Source: Squalus acanthias (Eukaryota). From it: DNA of 64,000 nt. Below, one piece after another: positions 13,119-26,008 of this stretch. Under the pieces are notes generated by a model that did not search any database, was not told where the DNA came from, and saw nothing but the letters and a program-made list of their open reading frames with translations. The stretch spans positions 92,754,001 to 92,818,000 of the forward strand of contig CM059432.1 of assembly GCA_030390025.1 (NCBI GenBank), in the 5' to 3' direction. Position numbers and translations under genes: made by a program. Positions within the stretch are counted from its first letter, which is position 1. Every line of letters starts with the position of its first letter.

Positions 13119-13639
13119 GATTAGTACCTCAGTAGTTTAAAACTTCCCTCAGTGTTCAGGTGCAGGCCTTCGCTTTTTGCCCTCTTCCATTAGCTACAAA
13201 GGTCTTCATTAAGTTATTTCCAGCAATTTCAACTTTATGCCTGGTGTGCTTCTGCCCACAGAACAAAATTGCCTTTAATTTTAATGCTAACTAGCTAATC
13301 ACCTGCAATTTTGCCCAAACGCATGTATATGTATATATATATCTCCCAAATTGGATTCTGTAGTAGCCTCCTAATTGCTCAAAAATGGCATCCAAGATAC
13401 AGGCACACACTTCCAACAGGAAGTACGCTGGATGCCATCTTGGTAAAGGGATTTGCACACGCATACCAAACAACTACTGGCAGCATGCAGAGCAGTTTAT
13501 GACGTCAGTGTGCAACACTGATTTGATGCCAGCACTGCCATTTTGAACTCCGCAGTCCCGCCTATGCCCAGTCTTCGCACAGCTCAACATGATGTTAAAT
13601 GGCATGAAGGAGCCTCCACCAGTGCTACTTAGAGGAATC

Positions 13640-14068
13640 ATGAACTACTGCAGCCTCAAAGCAGGCCAAGTACCACATTGCCTGTGGCTGTCAAGGTGAC
13701 CGTGGCTCTTAACTTTTATGCATCTGGCTCCTTCCAAGCTGCTGCTGGAGATATTAGCAACATCTCAGTTTACAGCACACTGCTGCATAAGGGAGATCAG
13801 TGAGGCTCTATACACAGAGAGACAGCTTAATCTCATTCCCTCTTGCCAGATATATGCAGGCGGAGCGAGCATGAGGGTTTGCACGGATTGCAGGCTTCCC
13901 AGTGGGTACCATTTACTTCACGCACATTGCCTTGAGTGTGCCTCCTGTGAACTCGCCCATTTTCCTGAATCAAAAAGGGATTCCACTCCCTCAATGTGAA
14001 GCTGGTATGCGACCACATGCAACACATCATGCCGGTGAATGCCCATTATCCTGGCAGTAGTCACGATT
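13640..14068 (+). pseudogene. Harbinger transposase fragment
   Basis: Reads LPVAVKVTVALNFYASGSFQ..., GFARIAGFP, KGFHSLNVKLVCDH...VNAHYPGSSHD; homologous to 39007-40150, frameshifted. Confidence 0.85.
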
Positions 14069-14071
14069 CTC

Positions 14072-14645
14072 TGGGGGGAATTTTCCCAGCCCTGGGGAGC
14101 CGGAACAATGGCAGAAACTGGGAACGGGTACCGACCCCGCTCCCAACCCCACTCCGTGCCATCTTCCCGGGAGGCAGGTCCCAGAGTCGCGCAGGGACCC
14201 ATCTCCGAGGCGGGAAGGGGATTAGAGCCAATTAACTGCCTGTTAACAGGCAGTTGAGGCTTTTCCCCATTTTATGCCTGCAATTGCAGGCTTCCCGATG
14301 GCTGCGAACCTTGCCAGGTTCAGCGAGGCAAGCAGTAGGTCTGCAGGTTTGAGAGGGGTCGAAATGTCAGCTGTAGAGGTGAGTGATGGGTGCAAGTGTG
14401 GACAGGTAATTATGAGAGGTGAGTGTAAAGTGTTGGAAAAAGTTTCCTTAACATTGCTTCTTGCTGCAGGCTTCAACCTTTGCAGATGCTTTCTGCTGAG
14501 GAGAGGGGTCTTGGTGAGCCTTCTGTGCAAGGGCTCACCTTAGAACAGAGATTCAGTGTTTGACAGCTTCTCAAAGCTGTCAAACGCTGACTATTCAGCT
14601 GTCAAAAAATTTGCGACAGATGAAGCGTCATACGTTGACAGTGTC
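14072..14645. mobile_element. Truncated Harbinger-type MITE related to 28294-29117 (opposite orientation)
   Basis: Starts gggggaattttc; shares the palindromes aactgcctgttaacaggcagtt and tttgacagct..agctgtcaaa with the 28.3-29.1 kb element. Confidence 0.6.
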
Positions 14646-14995
14646 GAAGGCTTTTGTGAGGTCAAAGGCGGCCATGTACAGCGGTTGGTGCTGTTCCCTG
14701 CATTTCTCTTGTAATTGACGCGTAGTGAAGATCATGTCCATTGTGCCCCTTAGTGGGCAGAATCCGCACTGCGACTCTGGGAGGAGCTCTTCAGCCACTC
14801 ATTTCTCTTATCTGGAAGGAGGAGATGCCAGGGGATCTCAGAGACGCCGTAATTGTGACCATCTTCAAGAAAGGTGACAAGTCTGATTACGGCAATTAGA
14901 AACGTTTCCCTGCTGTCTGCCACAGGGCAAGTCATCACAAGAATCCTCCTCAATCGTCTTCTCCCAGTGACTGAAAAGCTCCTCCCAGAGTCACA
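14645..14995. mobile_element. RTE fragment with internal inversion
   Basis: About 14645-14799 matches RTE RT on the minus strand; about 14800-14995 matches the immediately upstream RT segment on the plus strand. Confidence 0.75.
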
Positions 14996-15504
14996 CAAAG
15001 GACTTGCACCATGTCTGGCAGCCACAATCCATCTTCCCTTTAAAGAGGTGCAGGCTGCCTTTAAGTAGCGCTAGCCACCCACGATATCAGGACCTCTGCT
15101 GATGCGTGCATCCAATGAACAGCGCTGGCTGCATACAGAAATCATGCAAAACAACAGGCATCATGCATTTACCATGCTGTTTGTAATGCAATGCACGATT
15201 AACCCACGCCCATTTTCAGGTTTTATACTAGTTAACCCCCTCACTCTTTCACTCCCATACTTACTCTTACTGTTGTCTTGGTACAAGTTAACCTAACTTG
15301 TCCCCATCTCTGCAAGTGTCTCCTTTCAGCCAATTATTTTCTTTAGGTTTCCCTCTCCATGTCTCCAACACATTTCTCTTCCTCAGGTGTACATTTCCTC
15401 CCCCAAAGTACTGTACTTGGAATAATCTACCAAGCCGGGTAGCAGAAACTGTTCACCCCAGTACATGCAGTATCATGCTTATTGTTCAAGGTTTCATTCA
15501 CCAC

Positions 15505-15845
15505 AAGGCATTACAGAACATGGCTAGTTTCCAATTTCAGTTTAGAACAAGGATGTGCTGGCACGTGTCTGTATAGCTCCCAACAAATCGACTGCACCTT
15601 CATTTTCAGATTTCTTCATTGCATTTTTTTCAAATGACCTACACCACTTGCAGTAAATAACAGTCCACACAAATCCTACAAATAGATTCCTTGTTTCCAA
15701 TTCAAAAATCACTAACTAGAAAGGACAAATGGGTTTTCTGATAGCAACTAAAGTTGAAGGCATCACCAGGAGTATATTTTTTTACACCACATATACAAGT
15801 GACCTGATGACATTTTGCATAACTAGCCATGTTCTGTAATGGCTT
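15505..15845. repeat. About 340-bp unit bounded by a perfect 21-bp inverted repeat (putative old MITE)
   Basis: cattacagaacatggctagtt (15509-15529) is the exact reverse complement of 15821-15841; extends to 25 bp with one mismatch. Confidence 0.7.
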
Positions 15846-15914
15846 TTAAAAACAAAGAGATTTAACAGGACTTGTCCCAGATATTAAAGTTGCTTTGTAT
15901 AAAAAAAAAGTTAC

Positions 15915-18270
15915 TCGTTCTTGGGATGTGGGCATCGCTGGCAAAGCCAGCATTTATTACCCATCCCTAATTGCCTTCGAAAAGGTGATGGTGAGCCGCC
16001 TTCTTGAACCGTTGCAGTCCGCGTGGTGAAGGTACTCCCATAGTGTGGTTAGGGAGGCGGTTCCAGGATTTTGACCCAGCGGTGATAAAAGAATGGCAAT
16101 ATATTTCGTAATCAGGATGCTGTGTAACTTGGGAGTGGAACTTGGAAGTGATGGTGTTCCCATGCGCCTGCTGCCCTTGTCCTTCTAGGTGGTACAGGTT
16201 TGGGAGGTGCTGTCGAAGAAGCCTTGGCGAGTTGCTGCAGTGCATCTTGTAGATGGTACACACTGCAGCCACGGTACGCCGGTGGTGGAGGGAGTGAAAG
16301 TTTAAAGGTGGTGGATGAGGTGCCAATCAAGCAGGCTGCTTTGCATTGGATGGTGTCGTGCTTCTTGAGTGTTGTTGGAGCTGCACTCATCCAAGCAAGT
16401 GGCGAGTATTCCATCACACTCCTGACTTGTGCCTCGTAGATAGTAGAAAGACTTTGGGGAGTCAGGAGGTGAGACACTCGCCGCAGAATACCTAGCTTCT
16501 GACCTGCTCTTGTAGCCACATCAATTATGTGCTGGTCCAGTTAAGTTTCTGGTCAATGGTGACCCCCCCAGGATGTTGATGGTGGGGGATTCGGCATTGA
16601 TTATGCCAGTGAATGTCATGGGGCTGTGGTTAAGACTCTCGCTTGTTGGAGATAGTCATTGCCTAGCACTTGTGTAGTGCGAATGTTATTTGCCATTTAT
16701 CAGCCCAAACCTGAATGTCGTCCAGGACTTGTTGCATGCGGGCATGGACTGCTTCATTAACTGAGGAGTTGTGAATGGAACTGCATCATCAGCAAGCAGC
16801 CTCACTTCTGACCTTACGATGGAGGGGAGGTCATTGATGAAGCAACTGAAGATAGTTGGGCCTAGGACAGTGCACTGAGGAACTCCTGCAGCGATGTCCT
16901 AGGGCTGTGATGATTGGCCTCCAACAACCACCACCGCCTTCCTTTATCCTCAGTATGACTCCAGCCAGTGGAGAGAGTTTCTCCCCCGCCCCCCGCGATT
17001 CCCACTGACTTCAATTTTACTAGGGCTCCTTGATGCCACACTCGGTCAAATGCTGCCTTGATGTCAAGGGCAGTCACTCTCACCTCACCTCTGGAATTCA
17101 GCTCTTTTGTCCATGTTTGGACCAAGGGTATAATGAGGTCTTGACCAGAGTGGTTCTGGTGGAACCCAAACTGAGCATCGCTGAGCAGGTGTTGCTTGAT
17201 AGCACTGTCGACAACACCTTCCATCACTTTGCTGATGATTGAGTGTAGACTGATGGGGCAGTAATTGGCCGGATTGAATTTGTCCTGCTTTTTGTGGGAA
17301 GGACATGCCAGTGTTGTACTTGTACTGGAACAGCTTGGCTAGAGGCGCGGCTAGTTCTGGAGCACAAGTCTTCAGCACGACAGCCGGGATGTTGTCGGGG
17401 CTCATAGCCTTTACTGTGTCCAGTGTGCTCAGCCATTTCTTGAAATCGCATGGATTGAATCAAATTGGCTTAAGACTGGCTTCTGCGATGGTGGGGAACT
17501 CAGCGGAGGCCAAGATGGATCATCCACTCGGCACTTCTGGGTGAAGATGGCTCCAAATGCTTCAGCCTTGTCTTTTGCACTTGCGAATTGGACTCCACCA
17601 TCATTGAGGATGGGGATGTCATGGAACCGCCTCCAAGTTAATTGTTTAATGGTCCACCACCATTCACGACTGGATGTGGTAGGACTGCAGAGCTTTGATC
17701 TGATCTGATGCCTTGATTGTGGGATCGCTTAGCTCTGTCTATAGCATGCTGCTTCTGCTTTTTAGCATCCACGCAGTCCTGTATTGTAGCTTCCCCAGGT
17801 TGGCACCTCATTGTTAGATATGCTTGATGCTGCTCCTAGCATGATCTTCTACACTCCTCATTGAACCAGGGTTCATCCCCTGGCTTGATGGTAATGGTAG
17901 AGTGAGGAATATGCCGGACCAAGAGGTGATAGATTGTGGTGGAATACAATTTTGCTGGCCGACAGCAGCTCATGGCTGCTCAGTTTTAAGCTGCTAGGTC
18001 TGTTCTGATTCTATCCCATTTAGCATGGTGGTAGTGCCACACAACACGATGGAGGGTGTCCTCAGTGTGAAGATGGGACTTCATCTCCACAATCACTGTG
18101 CGGTGGTCACTGCTACCAATACTGTCATGGACAGATGCATCTGCGGCAGGTAGATTGGTGACGACGAGGTCAAGTAGGTTTTTTTCCTCGTGTTGGTTCG
18201 CTCACCACCTGCCACAGGCCTAGTCTGGCAGCTATGTCCTTCAGGACTCAGCCAGCAGTGATGCTGACTA
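15915..18270 (-). mobile_element. Second LINE family (CR1/L2 group, here 'family B'), degenerate ORF2 and 3' end
   Basis: PDNIPAVVLKTCAPELAAPLAKLFQ, ALDIKAAFDRVWH and YEAQVRSVMEYSPLAW in broken ORFs. Confidence 0.85.
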
Positions 18271-19188
18271 CTCTGGAACAGCAGATTTAAAAAAAAAAAA
18301 AAAATTTTTACTAGGAGGTAAACTGGTTTCCAATTTTGAAGCAGTTCCTATACGATAGGAAAGTAAAAGTTATGTACAACTTTGGCTCATCTAACATTTA
18401 ACAAAACCAAATACCCAATACAAAAATAAAAATCAATGAGTCGCAAAGAATGAGTGAATATATCAAAGTCTCAAAATGTAAAATCAGTCAAGTTCAGAAT
18501 TAGATGCTTCAGCATCTTTAGTTTTAACATTAAACAATTACAAGCACCAAGTCTTGAAAAGTGCAACTGTTCACACTAATTTGTAGCAGTCCTTCCCTCC
18601 CAAGTAATTGTGTACTTTTGTTTCATTTAGTATACAAGTCAAAAGCTATGTAGTGGAAATAAAGCAGCTGTTTTTTTAACCAGAGAAAACAGCACATGTT
18701 GCAGTCAGTCAGGAATCAATGCTGTAAAAGGGACCTGAAGTAGGTGATAGGACTACTGCCTATTCAAAAATTAGTGACGCAACACCAAGCTTCAGACAGG
18801 TACCCTGGCCGACTACAAGGCACCCTACCCAATAATGGCGCACTGTGCAACTAGCGCGGAACGAGCGCATGCATACCGCAAGCGATATTCGACCCTCAGT
18901 GTCCATTTTTCCAACCAGAAAAAGTCATTGTCTGGTCAACAACGACCAGTTTTGTATGCTACCCAATTCTTTATAAAACCATAACTAGAAAAATTACACT
19001 TGAAGTAGTCACTCGTGAAAAAAGTGATATGAACCAAATATACAACAGTCCATATAAAAACAGCCAAACAAACCAAAAAGAGAATTTCTGCTAGCACTCT
19101 AGATATTAGTTATGCCTTGAATGATACAATTTAGTCAAAAACTGTTTGATTGACAATTCCAATTTTTTTTTTTTTTTTTTTAATTCAC

Positions 19189-19223
19189 CGCTCTTCCTTG
19201 TTGGTTCAATGTAGAAATGTACT
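19189..19223 (-). other. Candidate 35-nt micro-exon
   Basis: Acceptor ctttgtttcttaccacAG and donor GCG|GTgaat in non-repetitive-looking sequence. Confidence 0.25.
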
Positions 19224-19589
19224 CTGTGGTAAGAAACAAAGTCCGAGTCCAAAACGACTCCAGATTTGATCAGTAGGCTGTTAGGTGCAAGTCTTTGCAT
19301 TAAGGGAAACAAATCATTTGGTTTTATAGTTGGCAGCCTATCTCTGGACTTTGCCAGGGGAAAGATTCTAACTGTAAAACCTAGTTGAGTCATTTAACAA
19401 ACAGCTAACATCACAACAGTGCATTTTCAGAAAGGGTGATAAGTAGACACAGGCAACGAGAAACCCATTTATCTTACTTCAACACCATGTAAAAAATGGA
19501 ATTATCAGTCGTGAAATTCAGGAATAACTATAATATATACACCAGGATTCAGAGGGGGAAAATTATGGCTAACCAACCTACCTGGATAT

Positions 19590-20510
19590 TTTGTTGAACT
19601 CATACTGTAGTGTAGTTCCCAAGCTGTCTTTTCAGGATCAACTGCCTCTCCTAGTTTCGTATCATTTGCAAACTTCATAAATTTTGACTGATTTTCTGAA
19701 TCCAACTCTGTACTCTAAATGAGAAACAGCAAGGTTCCAACACCAATCCCTGGGTCAGTCCACTCAGCACCTCCTGCCCTCCCTCCAGCATAGCCGCTGT
19801 AACCATTAACTGTCAATCAATTTCTTACACACTCCCAAGTTTTATTCCGAAACCCCAATGCTTAAACTAGTAGCCTTTCCTGAAGAACTTTGTCAAATGC
19901 TTTACGCAGTCTACATACACCAGGTCATAAGATTTCCAGTCCACTTAGGATATCAGTTCCTCAAAAATATAGTTAAGGGATCAAATCATTTTAGTTAATT
20001 CTACACAGCCTTGATGCATTTTAGTTGAGTCAACACTCAGCATATCATGTAGAAGCAATCAAAGCAAATAGAATGTTAAACTATACAAGCAAAACAGTGT
20101 AATACGAGTCAGGGGAAAGTCATCCTCAAATGATATAGTACTGTATCAGGCCACAACTTGAGTGCTACTTTTGTTCACCATAATATGAGACACACATTCA
20201 GACCCTGAAGGCAATTTAGAAAATAAGCACTGAGCCCAGCATCGAAGGACTGAATTATGAGTAACTGGAGAAAATTGAGCTTTTCTGGAGGTGACTGAGA
20301 TATATAATAAACAGTATAGAAAAAAGGTAGATTAGGAAATTTACTTGAAACTAAACTGAGTAAGCCAAGGCAACACTGGTTCAAACTAGTTAACAGCAAA
20401 TTTAGTATTGGTAAAGAAGTTCTTCTTGAGTGATAAACATGTGGAATGTGCTTCTGGTTAGGACAACCAAAGTGAAATACCTGGAATCATTCGAGAAGTA
20501 ACTGGATGCC
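19590..20510. mobile_element. Very old CR1 fragments in both orientations
   Basis: KFANDTKLG on the minus strand at about 19650-19680; degenerate C-terminal CR1-like sequence on plus at about 20050-20500. Confidence 0.5.
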
Positions 20511-21839
20511 ATTCTTTCTGGGGAAAAAAAAAGCCAAAAATCCTTCCTCACCCCTATTTATCGAGTGAACTCTGAGCCAACACCAAGACACTAACAACAG
20601 CAAGCTAAAACAAAATGTTATTTTTGAATGCAAAGGACATGTCTGAAAAATAATTCTCTACACAATCCAGCTAAGAACAGTCTACACCAAATCCTCAACA
20701 TGCATTTGAAAGGTAGCTCCTTTTGATGTCAGTGTAAATTCAGCAACCGACAGAGTCATACAGCTTACAATTTCAATTCCTGAAATAGGTCAGGTGAAAT
20801 AATCGCAGGACAACTGGCTTTGGGAGGAGGAGGTTTTAAAAAAAAGGCATCATCAAATAAGATTCCCACTCTTGATCACCATGCACCAACTGGCACAAAG
20901 CATACATATACAGATATCAGGTGAAGACAGAATCAGGCCCACCTATAACAGCCACCAGATGAGAAGCAAATCAGATCTACCTGTAATGCCCAGCTGATGG
21001 AAAATCCCACAGATATAAATATAACCAACTGGGTGAAACACGCCCCAGCACAAAGGATAGAAAGAAAAAGTGTGGGGAGATTTATATTTAAAAAGCTATT
21101 TGCAATTAACTAATGGAATCTCACATGAGATCCCAGTAAGAATAATCAGCTTCTTCCATTTGAAATAGCTCTTCTACTACCAACCAAGTGCCTCAAAATC
21201 AGTCAAATGCCAAATTACTCAGAAATTGAAGCAGTTACTTGACAAACCCATTACATTACAGGCATACAACTGCTTAAAGCAAGCACTTGGAATTGCAGCA
21301 TACAGCACATTTAGTTACTGACATTTAAGTGGTATTATGCCATGTGTGCTGTACTTTCTACAAACAGCCTTCAATTGCACAAAAATAACTCCCATTTGTA
21401 GATTATGTGCAATTTATCTGTTTAATGTAAATGTCAGTTTAAGTACATTCTCTTCTAGAACTAAATATGGCATAGTTACCTACCACCTTACACGGAACTA
21501 AAGACGTGAAAACACAAGATTGGAATATTAACTCTTGTAAATATATTACTGCATTTTCAGCAATTGGCAAATTCAATAATTGCAATTGGCCCAACTTTAA
21601 AAAAACCACAAATAAATAAACCAGCTGTTGGCACAAGCGACGACCTCGCCTCAATGTGTGACTGTACAGTTTCGGGCGATGGGCAGATTTGCCAGTTTCC
21701 CCAAACTATTTTTTTTTAAAAACACCCAATGCTAGGAGTTTGTAAAGGAAATTCGAGAAGCAGATTAAGATGGCCTTTAAATAAACGAGAGATGTGGGCT
21801 GTAACCCCATGGCTGTAGCATCACCACAGACTGCACACC

Positions 21840-22500
21840 AGCAGCGCGCTCCCCTAGAAACAGCGCTCGTGGACCAATTCAAATAAAGCGGCGACGCCTC
21901 AAGGCTCCAGTTTTAATTCGGCGGAGTTCAATTTACCTTCGTTTGAAGTGTCCATCCCTCGTTCTTTCTTCACAAATACTGATAAGGGGCGGGGTGGGGG
22001 AGGAGAAAAAACCCGTTCTGACTGGGCGCTGGATCTACCTGCGCCGCGCTTGTTATTGCCGCTCCTCTCCGCCTCCCCTAACAGCGCTGCCACCCCGCTC
22101 TTATCCAGCCGCCGCAAACAAGACAACCAACCAATCAACCTCCCCCTCCCCGATTAACCGCTTTTTGCAATGCCTGGCGTGCGGTGTCAGCTAACGTCAT
22201 CGCGCACGTAAAACGGACTCGCCAGCGGTGGCACGTGTTGGCTTTATTTTCGTGCGACTTCGGGAGAAAGCTTGGGCTCGCGCGCAGGCGCACGCTGCGC
22301 TCTTTGTTGCTGAGTTCCCTCATGTTAGTGTTTGGAGTGAGACTTCTTCTTTCCTATGGTAGCAGCAAAGCAAATCAAATGTCAGTATCTAAGTCAGGTC
22401 AAAGCTTCCGGTGTAACAGCATTGTAGGCTGCCTGCGAGTTTCCTCTGAGGAGTGGGTTCTGCCGCTGCGTGTTGGCAGGAAGCTGAGCACGTAAATGAA
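21840..22500. promoter_or_regulatory. CpG-island promoter, possibly bidirectional
   Basis: Sharp CpG enrichment in non-repetitive DNA; GC box 21986-21994, CCAAT 22131-22135, CRE half-site acgtca 22194-22199, E-box cacgtg 22232-22237, NRF1-like cgcgcaggcgca 22281-22292, ETS-like cttccggt 22405-22412. Confidence 0.75.
21937..21955 (-). CDS. Candidate coding end of a first exon (MDTSNE, phase-1 donor); may be a uORF
   Basis: gggATGG Kozak context followed by GAAG|GTaaat donor at the edge of the CpG island. Confidence 0.4.
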
Positions 22501-22854
22501 GCAACATTGCTTAAAATCCTGTCTAAACGTATTGGAAGCTGTGTTTTATTTTTTAATACTGAGATAGGCCAGGTCTCGAAACTAAAGCGAGTGACTGTCG
22601 CTCCCAATGATTATCGCTAATATGATTATTCAATAAAAATGTATTTTTTCAAGATCACAAGATCAACGAGGACAGTCACCCAGCTAGTTTTAGCTAATTT
22701 GCCCAGAAAGAACCGACAGTCTGCTCATAATGGTATCCAGTTATTTATTAAATGATTCCAGGCCTTTTGCCAACACTATTTTATCTGGAAGTTCATTTCA
22801 CGTGTTGCTATGAAGTCTGTGAAGAAGAACTTCTGACATCAGTCTCAAATTTAC

Positions 22855-24690
22855 AGAAGCAAAATACTGCAGAGGCTAGAAATCTGAAATAAAAACAGAA
22901 AATGCTGGAAATACTCAGCAGGTCAGGCAGCATCTGTGGAGAGAGAAACAGAGTTAACGTTTCAGGTTGGTGACCTTTCATTAGAACTGGAAAAAGTTAA
23001 GAGATGTAACAGATTTTAAGCAAGTGCAGAGGCTGGGAAAGAGTAACAATAAGGAAGATTTGTGATAGGGTGGAAGGCAGGAGAGATTAAATGACAAAAG
23101 GGATGATGCTGCGAGGCAAAAGGAGATGGTAATGGGACAGGTAAAGAAACAAAAGATGGGTCTAGAGGAGGTGCAAATGGGAATAGCAGAATCATCAACA
23201 ACTGCCATCCGAAAAAATGGGGACATAGGTTATGATCTGAAATTGTTGAACTCAATGTTGAATCCGGAAGTCTGTAAAATGCCTAAATTGAAAGATGAGA
23301 TGCTGTTCCTCGAGCTTACGTTGAGCTTCACTGGAACAGTGTAGGAGGCCGAAGTCAGAGTGGGAGTGGAGCAGAGAATTAAAGTGACAGGTGACTAGAA
23401 GTTTGGGTGGACTGAATGGAGGTGTTCCACAAAGCAGTCACCCAATCTGCATTTGGTCTCCCCAATGTAGAGAAGACCGCATACACTAGGTTGAAAGTAC
23501 AAGTAAATCGCTGTTTCACCTGGAAGGAGTGTTTGGAGCCTCAGACGATGGGAAGAGAAGGGGGGAGAGTAGAAGTGCGGGAAATGTAACAGACAAGGTC
23601 GAGGGCCATGTCTACCACGGTGGAGGGGAATCCTCAGTTGAGGAAAAAGGAAGACATATTGGAAGCACTGGTATGGAAGGTGGCTCCATCAGAAAAGACG
23701 TGACAAAGAAACTGGGAGAATGGAATAGAGTCCTTAAAAGAAGCAGGTGGGAGGAAGCGTAGTTGAGGTAGCTGTGGGAGTCAGTGGGCTTATAGAGGAT
23801 ATTAGTCAATAGCCTATCCCCAGAAATGGAGACAGAGAAGTCGAGGAAGGGAAGGAAAGTCAGAGATGGACCATGTGAAGGCGAGGGAATCGTGGAAATT
23901 GGAAGCAAATTGATGAAATTTTCCAGTTCGGGGCGAGAGCAGGAAATGGCACCAATACAGTCATCAATGTACCGGAAAAAGAGGTGAGCAAGGGGACCTG
24001 AGTAGGACTGGAACAAAGAATGTTCAACATATCCCACGAAAAGGCAGGCATAGCTAGGACCCATATGGGTTCCCATAGAAACACCTTTGATTTGGAGGAA
24101 GTGTGTGGAGTCAAAGGAGAAGTTGTTCAATGTGAGAATAAGTTCAGCCAGGCAGAGGAGGGTGGTGGTGGAGACTGGTTGGGCCTCCGTTCATGGAAGA
24201 AGCGGAGCGCTCTCAAGCCGTCCTGGTGGGGCATGGAGGTGTAGAGGGATTGGACGTCCATAGTGAAAAGGAGATGGTTAGGGCCAGGAAACTGGAAACT
24301 GTTAAAGTAGCGGAGGGCGTCAGAAGAGTCACGGATGGAGGTGGGAAGAGACTGGACAAGGGGAGAAAAAAATAGAGTCAAGATAGGAAGAAATCAGTTC
24401 TGAGGGACAAGAACAGGCTGACAGGATGGGTCTACCAGGGCAGTCCTGTTTGTGGATCTTGGGAAGGAGGTAGAAGCGGGCTTTGGGGGACTATGAGATT
24501 GGAGGCCGTGAAGGGAATATCTCCAGAGGAGATGAGGTCAGTGACAGTCTTGGAAATGATGGCTTGATGTTCGGTAGTGGGGTCATGGTCCAGGGGGAGG
24601 TAGGAGGAGGTGTCAGAGAGTTGCCGTTCAGCCTCCGCAAGGTAGAGGTCGGTTCGCTAAATAACAACAGCGCCACTCTTGTCAGCAGTC
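22855..24690 (-). mobile_element. Degenerate Penelope-like element (RT to 3' end, internal deletion)
   Basis: GVSMGTHMGPSYACLFVG, FRYIDD and FTMDVQSLYT motifs; 3' region matches 50157-50410; mutated hammerhead (CTAATGA core) at 22952-22988. Confidence 0.88.
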
Positions 24691-25585
24691 TCAAATTATA
24701 CCTTTCACCAGTTTGAATTTGTTCCCTCTTACTAAGACTGTTTATTTTGAAGCAGTGCTCTAGATTTACTTTTAATTTAAAATTTACTAATATTTCTTGA
24801 TACGGGCATCTTCTCAATGTCCTGTTTTCAAGGCTGCATAACTAAAATTACAGCAGAGGGAGAAAGAAAATCAGCTAGAGCTGGAAAAACAGCTTTCATA
24901 AACTTGGACACAAGATGGATATTTGGATTTTTTTCAAGAATCTTAGTTTACACATTTAATGGAAGAACATTTCTTAAATTATACCTTTTTGGAGAAAAGG
25001 GTTAAATATAAAGCAATACTCTTTACCAACACAGAGAACTTGGAACATTAGCTTACATGCTAGCCGCCTGTGTTTTGTGCTGACAGACAGCATTTTCGGG
25101 GTCTGCTCAAAGTGTCAGCATTTGCTGATAAAAATCAGAACGCTCTGTGCCGCTTCTAAGCCTGGCTGCAAAGTGATTCTAACTTGCATACTGTTACGGG
25201 AATTCTTTCCACAACAAGTTCTCGACCACTTGGCAGCTGGAATCATTTTTCAGCAGGGCTCAGGTAGGAACAACACTGAGGGAAAAGGGAAGGGACGGAG
25301 GAATGGTTGTCAAGAAAGGGAAGTGGATAGCAATGAAAGAGAGACGGAAGGGGGAAATAGATGACAATGAAAACAGGGAAGGAGAAATGATGGCAAGGAT
25401 TAAGCTGTGAAGAAAACTCACTTTTAGAGGTGTAATACTGGCCTTTGCATAAAATTATGTTGAGATTTTTGGATGGGCATTTTCATTTTCACCAAACTTA
25501 TTATTTCTGACACAAAGATAATTGCTGATATAATGATATCCTGATTTATTTTTAAATCTCTTTTTGCAAGTCGAATACAATTGTT

Positions 25586-26008
25586 AGCCGTGGCTCAGTT
25601 GGCAGCACTCTTGCCTCCAAGTCAGACGATTGAGGGTTCAAGTCCGATTCCACAGACTTGAGCACAAAAATCTAGCCTGAAGCTCCAGTGCAGTACTGAG
25701 GAATGAGATGTTAAAGCAAGGCCCCGTTCTCTCTCAGGTGGATGTAAAAGATCCCATGGCACTAATTCGAAGAAGAGCAGGGGAGTTATCCCCAATGTCC
25801 TGGTCAATATTTATCCCTCAAGCAACATCACTAAAGAAACAGATTATCTAGTCATTATCACTTTGCTGTTTGTGGGAGCTTGCTGTGCGCAAATTGGCTG
25901 CCACAATTACAACAGTGACTACACTTCAAAAGTACTTGATTGGCTGTAATGCATTTTGGGATGTCCTGAGGTCATGAAAGATGCTATATAAATGCAAGTC
26001 TTTCTTTT
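25586..26008 (+). mobile_element. tRNA-derived SINE with Deu-domain-like core (SacSINE1-like)
   Basis: Box A tggctcagttgg 25591-25602, box B ggttcaagtcc 25635-25645, core aaagatcccatggcacta..gaagaagagcagggg, tail tatataaatgcaagtctttctttt. Family name is from recall, not a search. Confidence 0.8.

Noticed and set aside
13126..13251. Minus-strand exon candidate
   Set aside because: Stops in all three frames and a weak donor.
25586..25660. tRNA gene
   Set aside because: Box A/B are followed directly by a SINE body and tail that recur elsewhere; no clean cloverleaf.
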